From assembly GCF_009834535.1 (NCBI RefSeq), contig NC_045697.1:45138001-45202000 (forward strand): 64,000 nt of DNA. Direction: 5' to 3'. Below are positions 13,452 through 26,382 of this stretch, one piece after another (position 1 is the first letter of the stretch; every line of letters starts with the position of its first letter). The notes beneath the pieces are model-generated. The model had not been told where the DNA came from. It saw nothing but the letters and a program-made list of their open reading frames with translations, and searched no databases. A program made the translations under genes and the position numbers. This stretch comes from Camelus ferus (Eukaryota).

Positions 13452-16400
13452 CCCTGGTGTTCTAGTACTGGATCACACTGCCTACAGTGACTAGGAGTGA
13501 GTATTTTTATAACATCTGTAATTATCCTTGAATGACACAATTATATTACATTGTGTTTGATCAATATTAAAAGCACTAATTTGGTAAACATTATTTTCTA
13601 AAATTTATCAAACATTTAAAAATCCTGTTTTGGTTTTTTCTTCATTTTTAAAAAAATATACCAGCATCTTCAAAAAATGAGTGCAGGTTTTTTGTCTTGC
13701 AATGTCCAGCAGGCTCTCCAGTAAAGCATGGTGGAAAGAAAGTTCAATAATTTTGGCTGGGAAGATTGTTTTCATTCATTCATTTAACAAATATTTAATG
13801 AACACATACTATAAACAAGCTATTATTCTAAGTACTGGGGATGAAGCAGTGAACAAGAGGCAGAAATTTTTGCCCCCATGGAGTCTGCATTCAGCTGAAT
13901 ACACAGAGAGAAATAGTGAGAACCAAAAAGCTAGGGTGCACATTTATGGGGGAAGTGAACTTTGACTGTCAAGCTGACTAGTCTCATTTCTCTTCTGAAG
14001 ACTGTGGGTAGTCATTGAAGGTCTTCCACGGGAAGATACAGTGAGAGGTGTGCAGCCCAGTCTCCGGTGGCAGTAAGGAGGTTTAGCCCAGAAGTATGCA
14101 GACTGGGCCTTGGCACCAGATGACCATAGCTTTGAAATCTGGCCTGACACTGACAGTGGGAGAAGCTTTGGGAGATTGTTAACCTCGCTGAGCTTCAACT
14201 GCCCCATCTAGAGAAGTGAAATATAATCCCTAACTTGCAAGATTAAATAATGTAATAAATATAATGCTCAGAACACAGACTAAGCTCTCAGTAGCTTTTT
14301 GTTGTGATTATTATGGTGACATGGAAGATGAATCGGCTTGGGGTATGCATTTGAAATAACTGCAAGGCATCCAAAGGGAGGTGTTAGGTGGACTATCAGA
14401 AAGATGGAAGTCTTACACGAGCCCCTAAATTAATAATAACAACGTATTCACGTCTATTTTGTAAGCATCTACTGTGCTAAGCATTTGACAAGCTCCAGCT
14501 CGGTTAGTTCTCCTGGCCAGCCTCTAAGGAAGATTTGGTTGCCATCATTATTTTAAAATGAAGAAACAGGTTTCAGTCTCTAAACTTAGTCCAGCCTACA
14601 CAGCCGATAAGAAGCAGAACTTGAATTCAGGTCCCCTTGACTTGAACGCCCATGCCTTTAAACATTCAAAAAAAAAGAAAGTTTCAAGTGGCAAACGCAG
14701 AAGTGGCACTTCGTTTGGTTTAAGAACGGTTCCTCCCTGCCTACCCACCCACCCTCAGACACCTCCCACACCCTCCATGAGGCTGGCCCTGTTTCTCTTG
14801 CCGTGTTTGGTAAGGGAACCACTGTGCCCATCTGAACAACACCTTTTGTGGGCTGGAGCAGATTTTGCGGTTCCAGGCAGATGCCTACTCCCAGTCAGAG
14901 ACAGCTCTTTTGGCTCTGGAAAGGTAGTCACTGTCTTTCCAGGTTTACTCTCCTTTATCTGGTCATTTTGATCAAGCTTCCTGGGGCTGGGAGCCAATGC
15001 CGTGGAAATACACCAATCCAAGAAGTCAAGACCAGGTTCAGTGTGGGCCTCCACCATTTACTACCTGTGTGATTTGGGGAAAGTCCTTTATCCTTTTTGA
15101 GCCTGTCTCTCTCCCTCATTTTCAAATCAGATAACGATCCCAGGCTCAGATCAAACAACAGAGAAAATAAAGTGGTTTGCAGAAGGAAATACTATGTAAA
15201 TAGTGGCCGACACTGGCCAGGTGGAGGAGGGGGGCAAATATAGGCTCTTAGCCCCCAGAAGATGTCAAAGTCTTGAGCCACAGAATGCTCCCAAGGGAAA
15301 CATCCCACCCGACCCTTTGCTTAGACTACCTTGAACTTACGTAAAACCTATTTCAACTCTTCTTTTGTTTCCCAAGTGCAGCTATGTTGAGTCATTTTTC
15401 ACTCAAGAAAAAGTGTCACATTCACAGTTCTGCCCCTTCTGTAGTGATGTTAATTTTAGCATTACCTGTTCAGATTACAGGTGTCTAATCCAAAAAACAA
15501 GCCCTACTTAGGACAGAATGGAGGCAGCCCTCTGACTCACTTAACAGTTTAATATCAAGCTTTTGCCATTTCTCAGTGAACAGATTCTGGCAACAAAGTC
15601 TACTGTAGTGTTCTTTCCTAATAATTTTCCGTATGAAGATCTGACAACTTGGCTTCCAAAGATCCATGGTGTAGAGATGACATTTGCCAGCCAGTGTTGG
15701 GAAGAATTTGATCTGATCAGAAGAAAGCACGATGCAAATTGTTCTGTGTGTAAGTCAGGGGAGCTTGACCTTGCTTCTCATTCTGAGTCAATCCCTTGAA
15801 AACACTAACTCCTCCCGGAGAAGAGAGACCTGTCTTTTCACGAACCTCCACTCCTCACTTACACTGTCTCACAACCAGGCATTTTCTTGTTCTTCTTTAC
15901 TTTTCCTTGGATGTACGATCTGTCCTGTCGAAGGAGACACCAAAATGCCAGAGCAGTCGAAGCGCGTAATCGGCATTTACTCTGGGCTCTGCCACGTTTC
16001 TAGCCAGAAGGACGGCAGAGTTGAATGAGTGGGGACTCGAGCGTGCGGCTTTGTTCAGCGAGCCTGCCAAGCATTACTATTCCAGCCCTTAAGCCTGTGC
16101 CAGACTGTTAATGTCTTAATGCTTATTCAAGTGTCAGGGAGTGCTGGCAGATGTCAGGGAGAATGGGAGGCTGTCAATAAGGAAATTACTTACATTCACA
16201 GGGTGATTGCTGCAGTCTGTCAGGTAGCGTTTGAGAGGATGTCAAGCTGAAAAGAAGGAAGCAGAGAAAAAAAAGAAGGTGGCAGCAAACAGCATTGGGG
16301 GAGGGCCCTTTTTTTCCTTTTATAAATTGTTTCAAGATATTTTATTTCCCTTTTATTTCTAGAGCTCAACACCAGTCACAGGTCAAGAAATAAACAAGCC

Positions 16401-19109
16401 GTGGTTTCCTATTTCTGAAGACCTACACGATAAGTGCTCCGTGCCTGGGGCCTTTGGTTTTTGACGCATGACAAAGAATTTAAGTTCTTGCCTGACTAGG
16501 GCAGCAGGAGTCAGGTGCTTGGTCATCAGGAGACACATGTGGTTTTCCATACCTTCTCTATTTCATTCAACCACGGCTTACTCAATACCTGCTATGTGCT
16601 GGGCGTGGCAGATAACTCAGCGACTCAATGTATACAGAAATGTATTTTAAAACACATTCTTTAAATTCTAGGGAGGGAAAGGCTTCCTCTTAGCTGTGTG
16701 GTTTTAAGATTAAGAATTTAAACTAAGTAGAATCCCACCCATGTCACTTTGACAGCGCCTGTCTTCTCGCCTGTGGTGAGAAGGCCTTGGGGGACAGAGC
16801 TTCAGAGAAAGAGCCTTAAAGGCAATCTGGCCTTTAAAAGCTCCTCTTAGTTCCGGATTTGCTATGGTGATTCTATTTATTGCCTCCTTATGCCTGGAAA
16901 GCTCTATTCCTGTCCTTTACTCTTTTTTTTTTTTTTTTAACTTGTCTATATACCGAGTACCCCATCCCTCTGTGTATGTATGTATATGTGTGTGCTGGGG
17001 GATGGCGGTTAGGGGGTGGCAAAAATACTGTTCTCATTGGCCGATACTCGGAATCAATGGTCTAATTACAAGGGGGGAAATGAACATGTGTTACAAAACT
17101 TACGTTTTAAATGAAAGGATAGGTCCCTCAGAAACACCCTGGAAACATGAGACACCTCCAGTGTTTATCCCTGATGATGAGGAAAACACAATTGCCTTGA
17201 AAGGAACATGGCAATTCCGTTTGTAGTTAATGGTAGCTTTTTAGGGCTGTCTGCACTTAATCTCCTACTGTAACCTAGCCCCCTCTAATATTTTAGAGTT
17301 TCTCCCAGAAGGGGTAGAAGAGAGGAAGTTAGGCACATTTGTAAGTTGCTTTTGGACTACTTAAAGAAAAGCCCATGTTTTACTGATGGATACTGCAGGG
17401 TTAAAGGTGCCCAGGAATACAGGGATCAAGGACAGGGAACTTTCTCCCAGGGTGCCTGAGTCAGTTAAACTCCTGAAAGATGCGGGGCAAGGACTGGACA
17501 AATGGGGACAAAACGGGCTGGGTTAAATGGAGTGAAAGCTGAAGTCCAGACTTAACCAGGACAGAGAGGTGGCCCTGATGACTCCTGTGGGCCCCTCCCC
17601 ACTGCCGCCCCTGTCCCAACAGTTCAGAGGTAGTGATGTAGAGTTTGGATTCTGGACAAGAACGTGCTGGAGTCCACATCATTACTGCGCCCCACGAGAA
17701 ACAGCCCCTTCCCCCCACCTCCTCGCCCCTGCAGCTCTGTGTACTCATGGATTTCCAGGGCGCACACCTCCATCGCTTTAACGCTAGTCCTGGGTGAGGC
17801 TCCTGGCCTTTTTAAGTGTCCTCTGAACCTTTGAAGTGCTCTCCCCAAGGGAGCATAGGCAAATTTCTCTCTGAAAAATGTGGCATTGCTTAACCCATCC
17901 CCCAAGGCACTCTTTCAGGGACACCTTGCATTTCAGGGAAGAGTAATTAAGTTTCTATCTGCTGGCTTTACAACAGCTTCCCTTCTTTCCCTTGCTAAGC
18001 TGAAGCAGAGAGCAGTCGGGCTGGAAGCTCTGTGATCCATATATTGGCTTTGAAACATTGTTCCTCTTCATTAGAGCTACTGGTGCTGTACCATCATCAC
18101 CCTCTCTGCCCTCACGCACCCAAGTCACGTCAGTCTAACCCCGTCCCCTATGTGCTGCAGTAGCAAGCTCTGGGTAAGAGTAGATCGATCAATCAATCAA
18201 TCAATCAACCGAGAACTAATACGGAAAGAAATACTTATAAACACAGAAGAATATGCTACAGCCAACCTAAGCAATGTTAGGACAAGAGGTGTGTCAGAAA
18301 AAACAGCAACAAAGCATTACATTTCCTGTGTGCATTTATTTCCCCATTTGGTATTTACAGTAGCCTGCTCATTTCACAGAAACATTCTATTTTTAAAAAA
18401 TAAAAATCCACAGCGTTTTCAAAATATTTTATTTTTCTCTTCTAGAAACTTTTATCATTGCTATTATTATAAATCTTTGTTTCTTTTATCCTGTTCTCTA
18501 ACTGGATGGATACTGCTTAAGGAGTAATGAGAAAAATAAAAATAAGGCCTACTAATTAACTATCATTAATTAAGTACTTACTAAGTGCTGGGTTAACCTC
18601 TTTGGAGTGTCTCACTAAGATTTTAGGGCACTCCATTACCCCTGTTTTACAGGTAAGGATTGAGGCTTAGAAATGTTTAACAGCTCAAGGTCCCTGGTTT
18701 TGTAACCCCGGCTCAAGGTCATTTCCTCAAGAACTCACCCTCAGTTAGGATGTGTACCTCTTTAAATGTTCTTACAATCTTATAACATCTTGTACCTTTC
18801 CTTCATATTTCTTAAGAGAGTTGGTAATTTTACATTTATGTAATTATTTGATTAAAGTATTTCTCCCCACTAGACTCTGAATTCTAGGACAGCAGAACCA
18901 CGTCTGTTTTAGCTATTACTGAGCCTCGTACATAGTAAGATTATAATACGTATTGAATGAATGAATAATGGAATGACTTAATTAGCGAATAAATGCATCC
19001 TTATCTGTCCAACTCCAGAATTTGAGAGTTTTAGTGTACGCAGCAAAATTACTTTTTAAATGAAGTCCTAGGTGACAGAATGTGCAAAGCGCTCTATAAC
19101 ATGCCACAC

Positions 19110-19340
19110 TGAGTAGTGCCAGCTAAAGGACCTGGGCTGGAATCCCAGCTCCACCACTTTTTGGCTGTTTGATCTTGGACAAGTTACTCAACTTCTCTGT
19201 GTCTGTTTCCTCATTTGCAAAATAAACGTAGTAATACAATTCACCTCATACAATTATGAGGATTAAATGAATGCGAAACCTCGCAGAACAGTGCATGGTG
19301 CTTAAAAAGTTCTGTGTATATATTAGATATTATCATTATT
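19110..19340 (+). mobile_element. MIR SINE (further MIR-like pieces near 7100, 11190, 12420, 14090, 14430, 15010, 18570, 19740, 24150, 32950)
   Basis: cctgggctggaatcccagctccaccactt...cttggacaagttactcaacttctctgtgtctgtttcctcatttgcaaaat is the MIR core. Confidence 0.8.
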
Positions 19341-21959
19341 CAGGAACTTAGTACAAAAAAATAAAATATCCCAGGCTACCTTCATTCAAAAACTCCTGTG
19401 TGATAGTGTTTATTTATCGACTCAAATCCCCTGTTCCTTCTTAGGGGAGGATCCTAGAGGTGTAGATCTTACACATGTGGCCCCAGGTTCTCATCTCAAA
19501 TAGAAAATACCTAACATGAGTCCATCTTGAGATTTTTACTAGTCTTACACCCTACAAGTTCAGAAAGAAAATATTTAGTGAAGATAAATTATTTTAAAAA
19601 TTTGAGCATATATTATAAATATTCTTTTAAGAATATCTAATGCTCTCCCAGTTGGGCCCAGGATCCTCTAGAGTCTTTATCAACAATCGCGGAACTGGGC
19701 AGAGTGACCAGGGACCTGACCCAGAGTCCCACAGTCCCAGAGTTCATCACAGCCCTGCCATCTGTTAGCGGTCTAGTCTTGTGTAGGCTTGATAACTGCT
19801 TCCAGTCTTGTTTCCTCCACTAGAAAATGGAGATGCCAGTGAGATGCTTGTGGTGGTTATATGAGAGAACGTTCCAAAGGCCCTGGTAAGTCAGACATAC
19901 TTAGTAAAAGTTAGTTTTCTAATAGCCTCTCCCCTCTTATTTTCCTTTTTATAACCGTTCCAACCAGGACTTGACCTTTTGTGCCTTCTCTGATCACTTC
20001 CTCACGGTTCCTCCAGCCTTCCTAGGACTGGGATCATCACGTGGCCCTTCTCCCTTGTCCTGTCCTCCATGTGCTCTCAAGGTTCAAAGTAAAAGAAGTA
20101 GAGGAGTGGAAAGAAAAATGAGACATTCGATCAAAACACTTGAATGGGAATTTGTCTTCACTTCTGCTTCTGCCTGGCTACTTGATTTTGAACAAGTTAT
20201 TTAACTTTTCTAAGTTTTCTTTTGCCCACCTGTGAAAATGTGATTAATTCTCCATGAAAATGAGGCTCATTTTCCATGAAGCATATTCTGGAACCTTTTC
20301 TTCCTTCCTCTGCCCTATCTGTGTATATCTGTGTCAGAACAGCAGTAACAATAGTACTGTTTTCAATTTGCACCTTCCAGAATCTTTCAGTATTTGTTGT
20401 CTTCCTTGGTCACCATATCAGAATTCTGAGGTATTCCAGCTGAGCACTATCACTCCATTTCCAGATAAGGAAAGTGAGCTGAGACAGGGAGAGGATATAT
20501 GACCAGGCAAGGTCACTGAGACCCTAGAACACAGATGCATTGACTGTGGTCTGGCAGACTTCTTTTTACATCTGTTGTATGCACTGCACCGGACACAGTG
20601 CTAGCGATACGGTAACCATCCCATACGTCTTTGTAGTAGAGCACACTCACTAACTGCTAACCAAAGGTAATAGATGCTAAGAGCCAAATCAGTAAGCCAC
20701 AATTCCTTTTCATCTTATTGATTGTCTGTGAAGAAAGAATCCCTTCTTTTTTCTTGGATGACTTCCACTGTCAGGGCCCCATCTCTTGTGGATTCCATGA
20801 AGAGCCCCATGGGATAAAGGGATTAATTTTACTTCACATCATTATTTTGATTTTCTGTAAGCACTAGCCTTGGGATGGATATCTTTCAGCAGGGGTCTGT
20901 TTGGACTTTAAATGGTGTATGTTTTATTATATTGTAAAACTTTGAAATTCCGTAGAAAAACAAAAATCAAGATTGGAAATTATCTTGATAATCTTCTTGT
21001 GAGTTTTTTCTTGAGCCCCTCTTTTAGGTCTGGGTTATGAGAAGTATGTACCCAGAAGTTTCAGTTTCATTTTTAGTGAAACTGAGAAGTAATAGAATTG
21101 ACTTTAAAACTCCACAACAGGAATAAAATGATAAGACTATCTGGGATTTGTTTTCTATTTTTTAAAAATTGCATTTTCTCATGACTTTTGATAGAGTTTT
21201 CAAGAAATCTTTAACATTTCAAATGTGTCATGTATTCACACGATGCAAACATGGTAAGTATGAAAAGGTGTCTTCAGAAGTTTCCTTCCTGTCTTTTCCT
21301 CTGTCTTCCACTTACTTAGTTCCCATCTCTTCCCCCAAAGAGCTATCCATTTATCAGTTCCTTGTTTATCTGCCCAAAGATTGTTCTAGGTAAAAAATAA
21401 TATAGTACAAAGATATTCCTTCTTGTTTCCTTCTTTTATATACATTATAGCACACACTACATAGTAATCTGTACCTTTTCCCACTGAACAGTATCTGAGT
21501 AATTCATATCAGTGCATCATTTCCTTATTATTGTCTATTACACTTGCAAAGTGTTTGGTTCTTTGAATGCATCAGAATGTATTTTTCCAGTTTTCTAATT
21601 ATGGCCAGTTAGTTGTTTCTAATATTTTACCTAAAGAAATGAATTACTTTTTTCATGTGTTATTTGAAATAAGAGTGGAGGATATCCATCGAATAATTTT
21701 CCTTTAGCTTGTATTGCTGGATCAAAAGGTATGTGAGTTCATTATCCTCTGTAACAGTGGATTTTTGCTTATCTGATGAGTTAAAGAGAAAGGTGTCTCA
21801 GTATAGTATTAATTTATATTTTTGTTAGCATGAGTCAGATTGAGCATTTTTCTTCTGTGTAAAAGCCTTTTCAGGTACAAACTATGTGTTCATATCCTTT
21901 GTTGATTTTCTTTTGGATTGTTGATGCCTTTCATCCAGGTGAAGGACAGTAAGTCAGTG

Positions 21960-22063
21960 TAATATATACATATAACTGAATCACTAAGCTGTGCACCAGA
22001 AACCAGCACAACCCTGTAAATCAACTTTACTTCAATAAAATAAATAGATAAATAAACAAATAA
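21960..22063 (+). mobile_element. Short L1 3' terminus, inserted near an older L1M remnant (~21230-21930)
   Basis: ataactgaatcactaagctgtgcaccagaaaccagcacaaccctgtaaatcaactttacttcaataaaa followed by an A-rich tail. Confidence 0.8.
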
Positions 22064-22814
22064 GTGTATATTCACAGTTTCCTAAGTTTGCTATGGGATG
22101 GGCTTCTGTTTTAGGAGAAGGTGGTCATTCTTACCTCCTTTGTATTTAAAGCTACAGGTGGTTAGTTTTGGCAAGCCCTAATGAATCATACATCTTTTTA
22201 TTCTGTTTTTAAGATATGGCCAAAGTTGAATCGGAATAAACCAAAGCGTAACTATCCCTAAGGTCCTTCTTTCGATTGCGCTCGTCCACAGGGTTGAAAT
22301 TTGCTCAGTATATTTGAAAGAAAAAACCATGACAACTATGACAAACTCCCATTCTTTCTTCTTCTGAAAGCAGTTTTAAAATCATTTCACCTGTTCTTAC
22401 AGTAAGAACTGGAAGAACTGATAATGTTGAGAAGAAAAAAAAAATGAAATTGTCTACTACAGAAGGAGTCTAATACTATCACTAAGTGATTGCTCTTTTT
22501 CCCTCTCTTAGAAGTTTGAAAACGATTCTTTTTCAATCAATATACAGTTTTCAGAAACTTGGAAACATAATGGCATGTTCTGATTTCTCAAAACATGGCT
22601 ATAAAATTAACCTACTGGCTTCATGGTTCACCACATAGAAAAAAAGGAAAAGCTGGAGTATGAAAGGATGATGAGGTGGCGTATATGCTGCCTAGTAATT
22701 AATTGATTGATTCAGCATGTATTATCAAGCAGTAACTATGAGCCAGGCTTTCTGCTGAACACTAGGAATAGGTATCAGCAGATAAGAAAGGTGTGCCCCT
22801 TGCCTTCTCAGAGC

Positions 22815-22992
22815 TGGTGTCCTAAACCTGTCCCTCTTTACCCTGATTACACTGAGAATCATCTGGAACAGCTTTACAAAAATACCAATGTCTGGGCCTG
22901 AGGCAAGAAACTCTAGGGGTGCAACAGAAACAAGTATTTTTTTAAAACTCCCCGGTGATTTTAAGTGAAGCCAGAGTTGAAAACCACTGGTC
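22815..22992. mobile_element. MER5A-like hAT DNA transposon
   Basis: gagaatcatctggaacagctt...aaactccccggtgattttaagtgaagccagagttgaaaaccactg. Confidence 0.65.
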
Positions 22993-24977
22993 TAACCATA
23001 CCCCAGAGGTAGCTATGAAACCGCAAAATATTTTGAAGAGGAAGTGGTCATGGAAATTTTCTTGTGATGTAATCTGAACTACATAGCATGGACTTTGAAG
23101 CATTCTTGCCATGTTTGACTCAAATGCAATAAAGCTTTAAGACCCGCCTTACAATCTATGGATAACTTAGAGGCTAGAAGGACAAGTTAAATGGTGCCTC
23201 AAGGGAAAATATCAGACAATTCCAGAAAGTGGTGCTTTCCCCAGGACAGGCTGATTGGTTTCTTCACAAAAGACAATGTCAAGAGAAGCAGAAAAGGGCT
23301 GGGAGTGGGATGGGGACTGATATATATGGAAAGAGAATAAAGAAACAACCACCAAATGGAACACTTTATATGTGCCCTGGTTCAAAACAAATTCTCGGGA
23401 ATAACTTGGGGGGACAATTTAGGAAATTTAATTACTTAAATATATACCAGAAATTAGATGACATTAGTTAATATTGCTGATTTTTCTTAGGTGTTTAGCT
23501 GTATCATTATCTATGGACGAGAATGTCCTTATTTTTTAGGAGATGCACGCTAAAGTATTTAAGGGTGTCAGCAACTTTCAAACAGTTCTTCAACAACACA
23601 AAATGAAATCACACAGATAAGCAAATACCATCATATTCTGTAGGCGGCTGAGGTATTAAAGATGAAAGAGGCTGTTGAATAGTGATGATAGTTACATTTA
23701 ATTAACTCCACTGGTTGAGTTCTATGTTCCAGATACCGTACTTCTTTATACATATGATATTTCACTTTTTAAAACTGAAGTGTAGTCTATTTTCATTTCA
23801 GATGTACAGCAAAGTGATTTATATGTATTCTTTTTCAGATGTTTTCCGTATTATTTCATTTTTAAAGCAAGCAGCATTATTTCAATTTCACAAATGAGAA
23901 AACTGAAGCTTGTAATGGATAAACAACTTGTTCAAGTTCACACTGAGTCAGAATTTAAACGAAATTCTTCCTGTTTCCGTCGTGGGGGATCTTGATCATT
24001 GCTCCGCCCCCAGACTGTACTGTAACCACTCTTGCGGTAAAGAGACGCACACACGCTTTGAACTAGTTTCCATTACAGCACTTATTACAGTGCAAATCCA
24101 CCCAATGTGTATGTGTCTACTCTATTGACTGTGTCCTCCTTGTCATACGAGGACCATGGTCTTTGGAGTCTGGCCCACCTGGGTCCAGATCTTGGCTCTG
24201 TCCTTACTAGATTTTTGTTCTTAGGCTATTTTTAAATACTTCCTTCAGTTTCAGTTGCCTCTTCTGTCCAGATGGATATAATATGAAGTGCTCTGTAGGA
24301 TCATTATGCAGATTAAAGAAATATCTAGAGAAAGCACTTAGCATAATCCTGGTGTATAGTAAATGCTCAGGAAATGTTAGTCTCCCCATCTCCACTTTTC
24401 AAAAAATTTAATTTGGATGGCCACAAATATCTCCTGCTTATACAGAGAAACCCCTGATGTCCAAAGTGATGGTCAATGCTGGATCCTGCAATTGTGTCCA
24501 TTGACTGTCAACTCTGCATCAGGGACCATGGCTTTGAATCCCTAAAACCTACAACAGAACTCTAGTATTAAAAAATACATGTTTATTAGTATTAAGTTAT
24601 CAGTATGACAGTCATTGTGACTTTATTTATTAAGGTTGTGTCTGGTATTAAAATTTCTCTCTAGGAACTTAAAATGAAGATATTTGTAATGGGTTTCTAA
24701 AATTCAGGCAGAAATAGTTCTTTGTACATATATTTTGGGGCTATGAAATTTTATTCCAGGCAAATGGAATAGTATGAGAAAAGTCACAGAGATGGGAAAA
24801 TGTAAACTGTTTTTTTCCCAGAGACAGACAGTCCACTCCATTGGTTCACTATGTATGTAAAAGCATAAATAAGAGATAAGATTGGAAAATTTGGTGGAAA
24901 ACCAAGACTGCTTCAATATAGCAAACCACTGTCAGTTTTGGAGTAAGTGAGCAATTTAGATTCCTAAGATACTGCGT

Positions 24978-25071
24978 ATCAGGGCTAGTCTAATCTAGCA
25001 GTACATTGTATGGGTACCTGTGTGATCAGGGCTACTCTAACCTAGCAGTACATTGTATGGGTACCTGTATG
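24978..25071. repeat. 47-bp tandem duplication (2 copies, 3 mismatches)
   Basis: ATCAGGGCTA(G/C)TCTAA(T/C)CTAGCAGTACATTGTATGGGTACCTGT(G/A)TG starting at 24978 and 25025. Confidence 0.95.
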
Positions 25072-26269
25072 TGTCTCGCTGGGGTGGGATGTGGGGTGGC
25101 AGTTAAGTAGGTCATCATTTATCTAATCTCTGAATGCAATAGGACCGGAAATGGTGAGGGAAAAATAAGGGAAATTTGGAAGTAGAAAAACAAGAGGAAA
25201 AAGCCGCTGACTGGATGTAGGCAACAAACTTGGATAAAGAGGCCAGGCTGGCTTTGAGGTCTCAAGCCTGAGTAACCTGGAGAACAAAGGTACTATGATC
25301 AGAAATAAGAAAGTCATAACGGTGAGCTGTTTTGAGGTTGGTGAGAAATTTCCTAATGGAAATGTGAGTTTGTTAGACCTCTGCCTTCTTTTAATTTGTA
25401 ACACCACAACCCACTGACAGAGGCAGGTCATCAAAAAGCTGAAGGCTTAAAACTATGAGATCTATCTCTCCTCGACTTAGGTAGCAGAGCGCCTAACATC
25501 TTATGAGCTGATGCAAGGGCACAGAGCAAAGGAAAGAGCTTGAAAAGTCTCTCTTGGAGTCAGTAGGCACAGACTGACTCAGAATAGCCATAGCCCGAGG
25601 CTTATGGGTTTCCATGGCCCATAAGATCTGTAACTCCATCTGCTTTACGGACAGTCTGGTTAAGAAAAAGGGTATAATTCAGGAAAAGTGAATTTCAGGG
25701 AGCTACATAGTAGATCAAAAGGTAGCAATATTTCCACATTTTAATTTATTCCGTAGGTACTGAACACCTACTAAATACCAATTATTGTAGGCATTGGCAT
25801 TATAGATTAGGTCTTTGCTCAAGTGCAATTTTATTCAAATTATTCTATTAGTATTTTTATTCTAAATCTAATTCTAACAGAAAGCACATAAATGGGTAAA
25901 TAAGATAATTTGAGAGTTATAATACCTTCCTAAAGTTTCCTTGAAGTGCCTCTTCCTTCTTAGAAATGACCTGGAATTTAGCTGTCCTGGCAATACTCAT
26001 GACTGACTCCTCATCCTTCAGGTGTGACTTAAGAGGAACCTTCCGTGACCTCCTCCCAGCAGGGCCTCACAGCTGCTCTCTGTCCCAGGAACAATCACCA
26101 TCTGCGATGACTGCTCATTGACTTAACTCCCTGGTTTAATGTCCATCTCGCCCACCTGGATGGTAGCACCATCACAGCAGGAACCTTGACTGTTGTGTGC
26201 TCCTTGGGTTCCCAACGCCTTTTCCAGGGCCTGACCCATTGAAGGGTCGCAGTAAATATGTTTGCAAAT

Positions 26270-26382
26270 TAGGATGACCAACCCTCTCAGTTTGCCTAGA
26301 GCTGAGGGTTTGCCCAAGACATAGAGTTTTCTGTGCTAAGACCAGGACAGGCCCAGGGAAATAGGGATGACCGGTCACCCTA
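26270..26382. mobile_element. MER81-like hAT-Blackjack MITE
   Basis: 113 bp with terminal inverted repeats TAGGATGACC...GGTCACCCTA. Confidence 0.85.

Noticed and set aside
24978..25071. Direct repeat as a possible CRISPR array
   Set aside because: Only two directly adjacent copies, no spacers, no cas genes, mammalian context.
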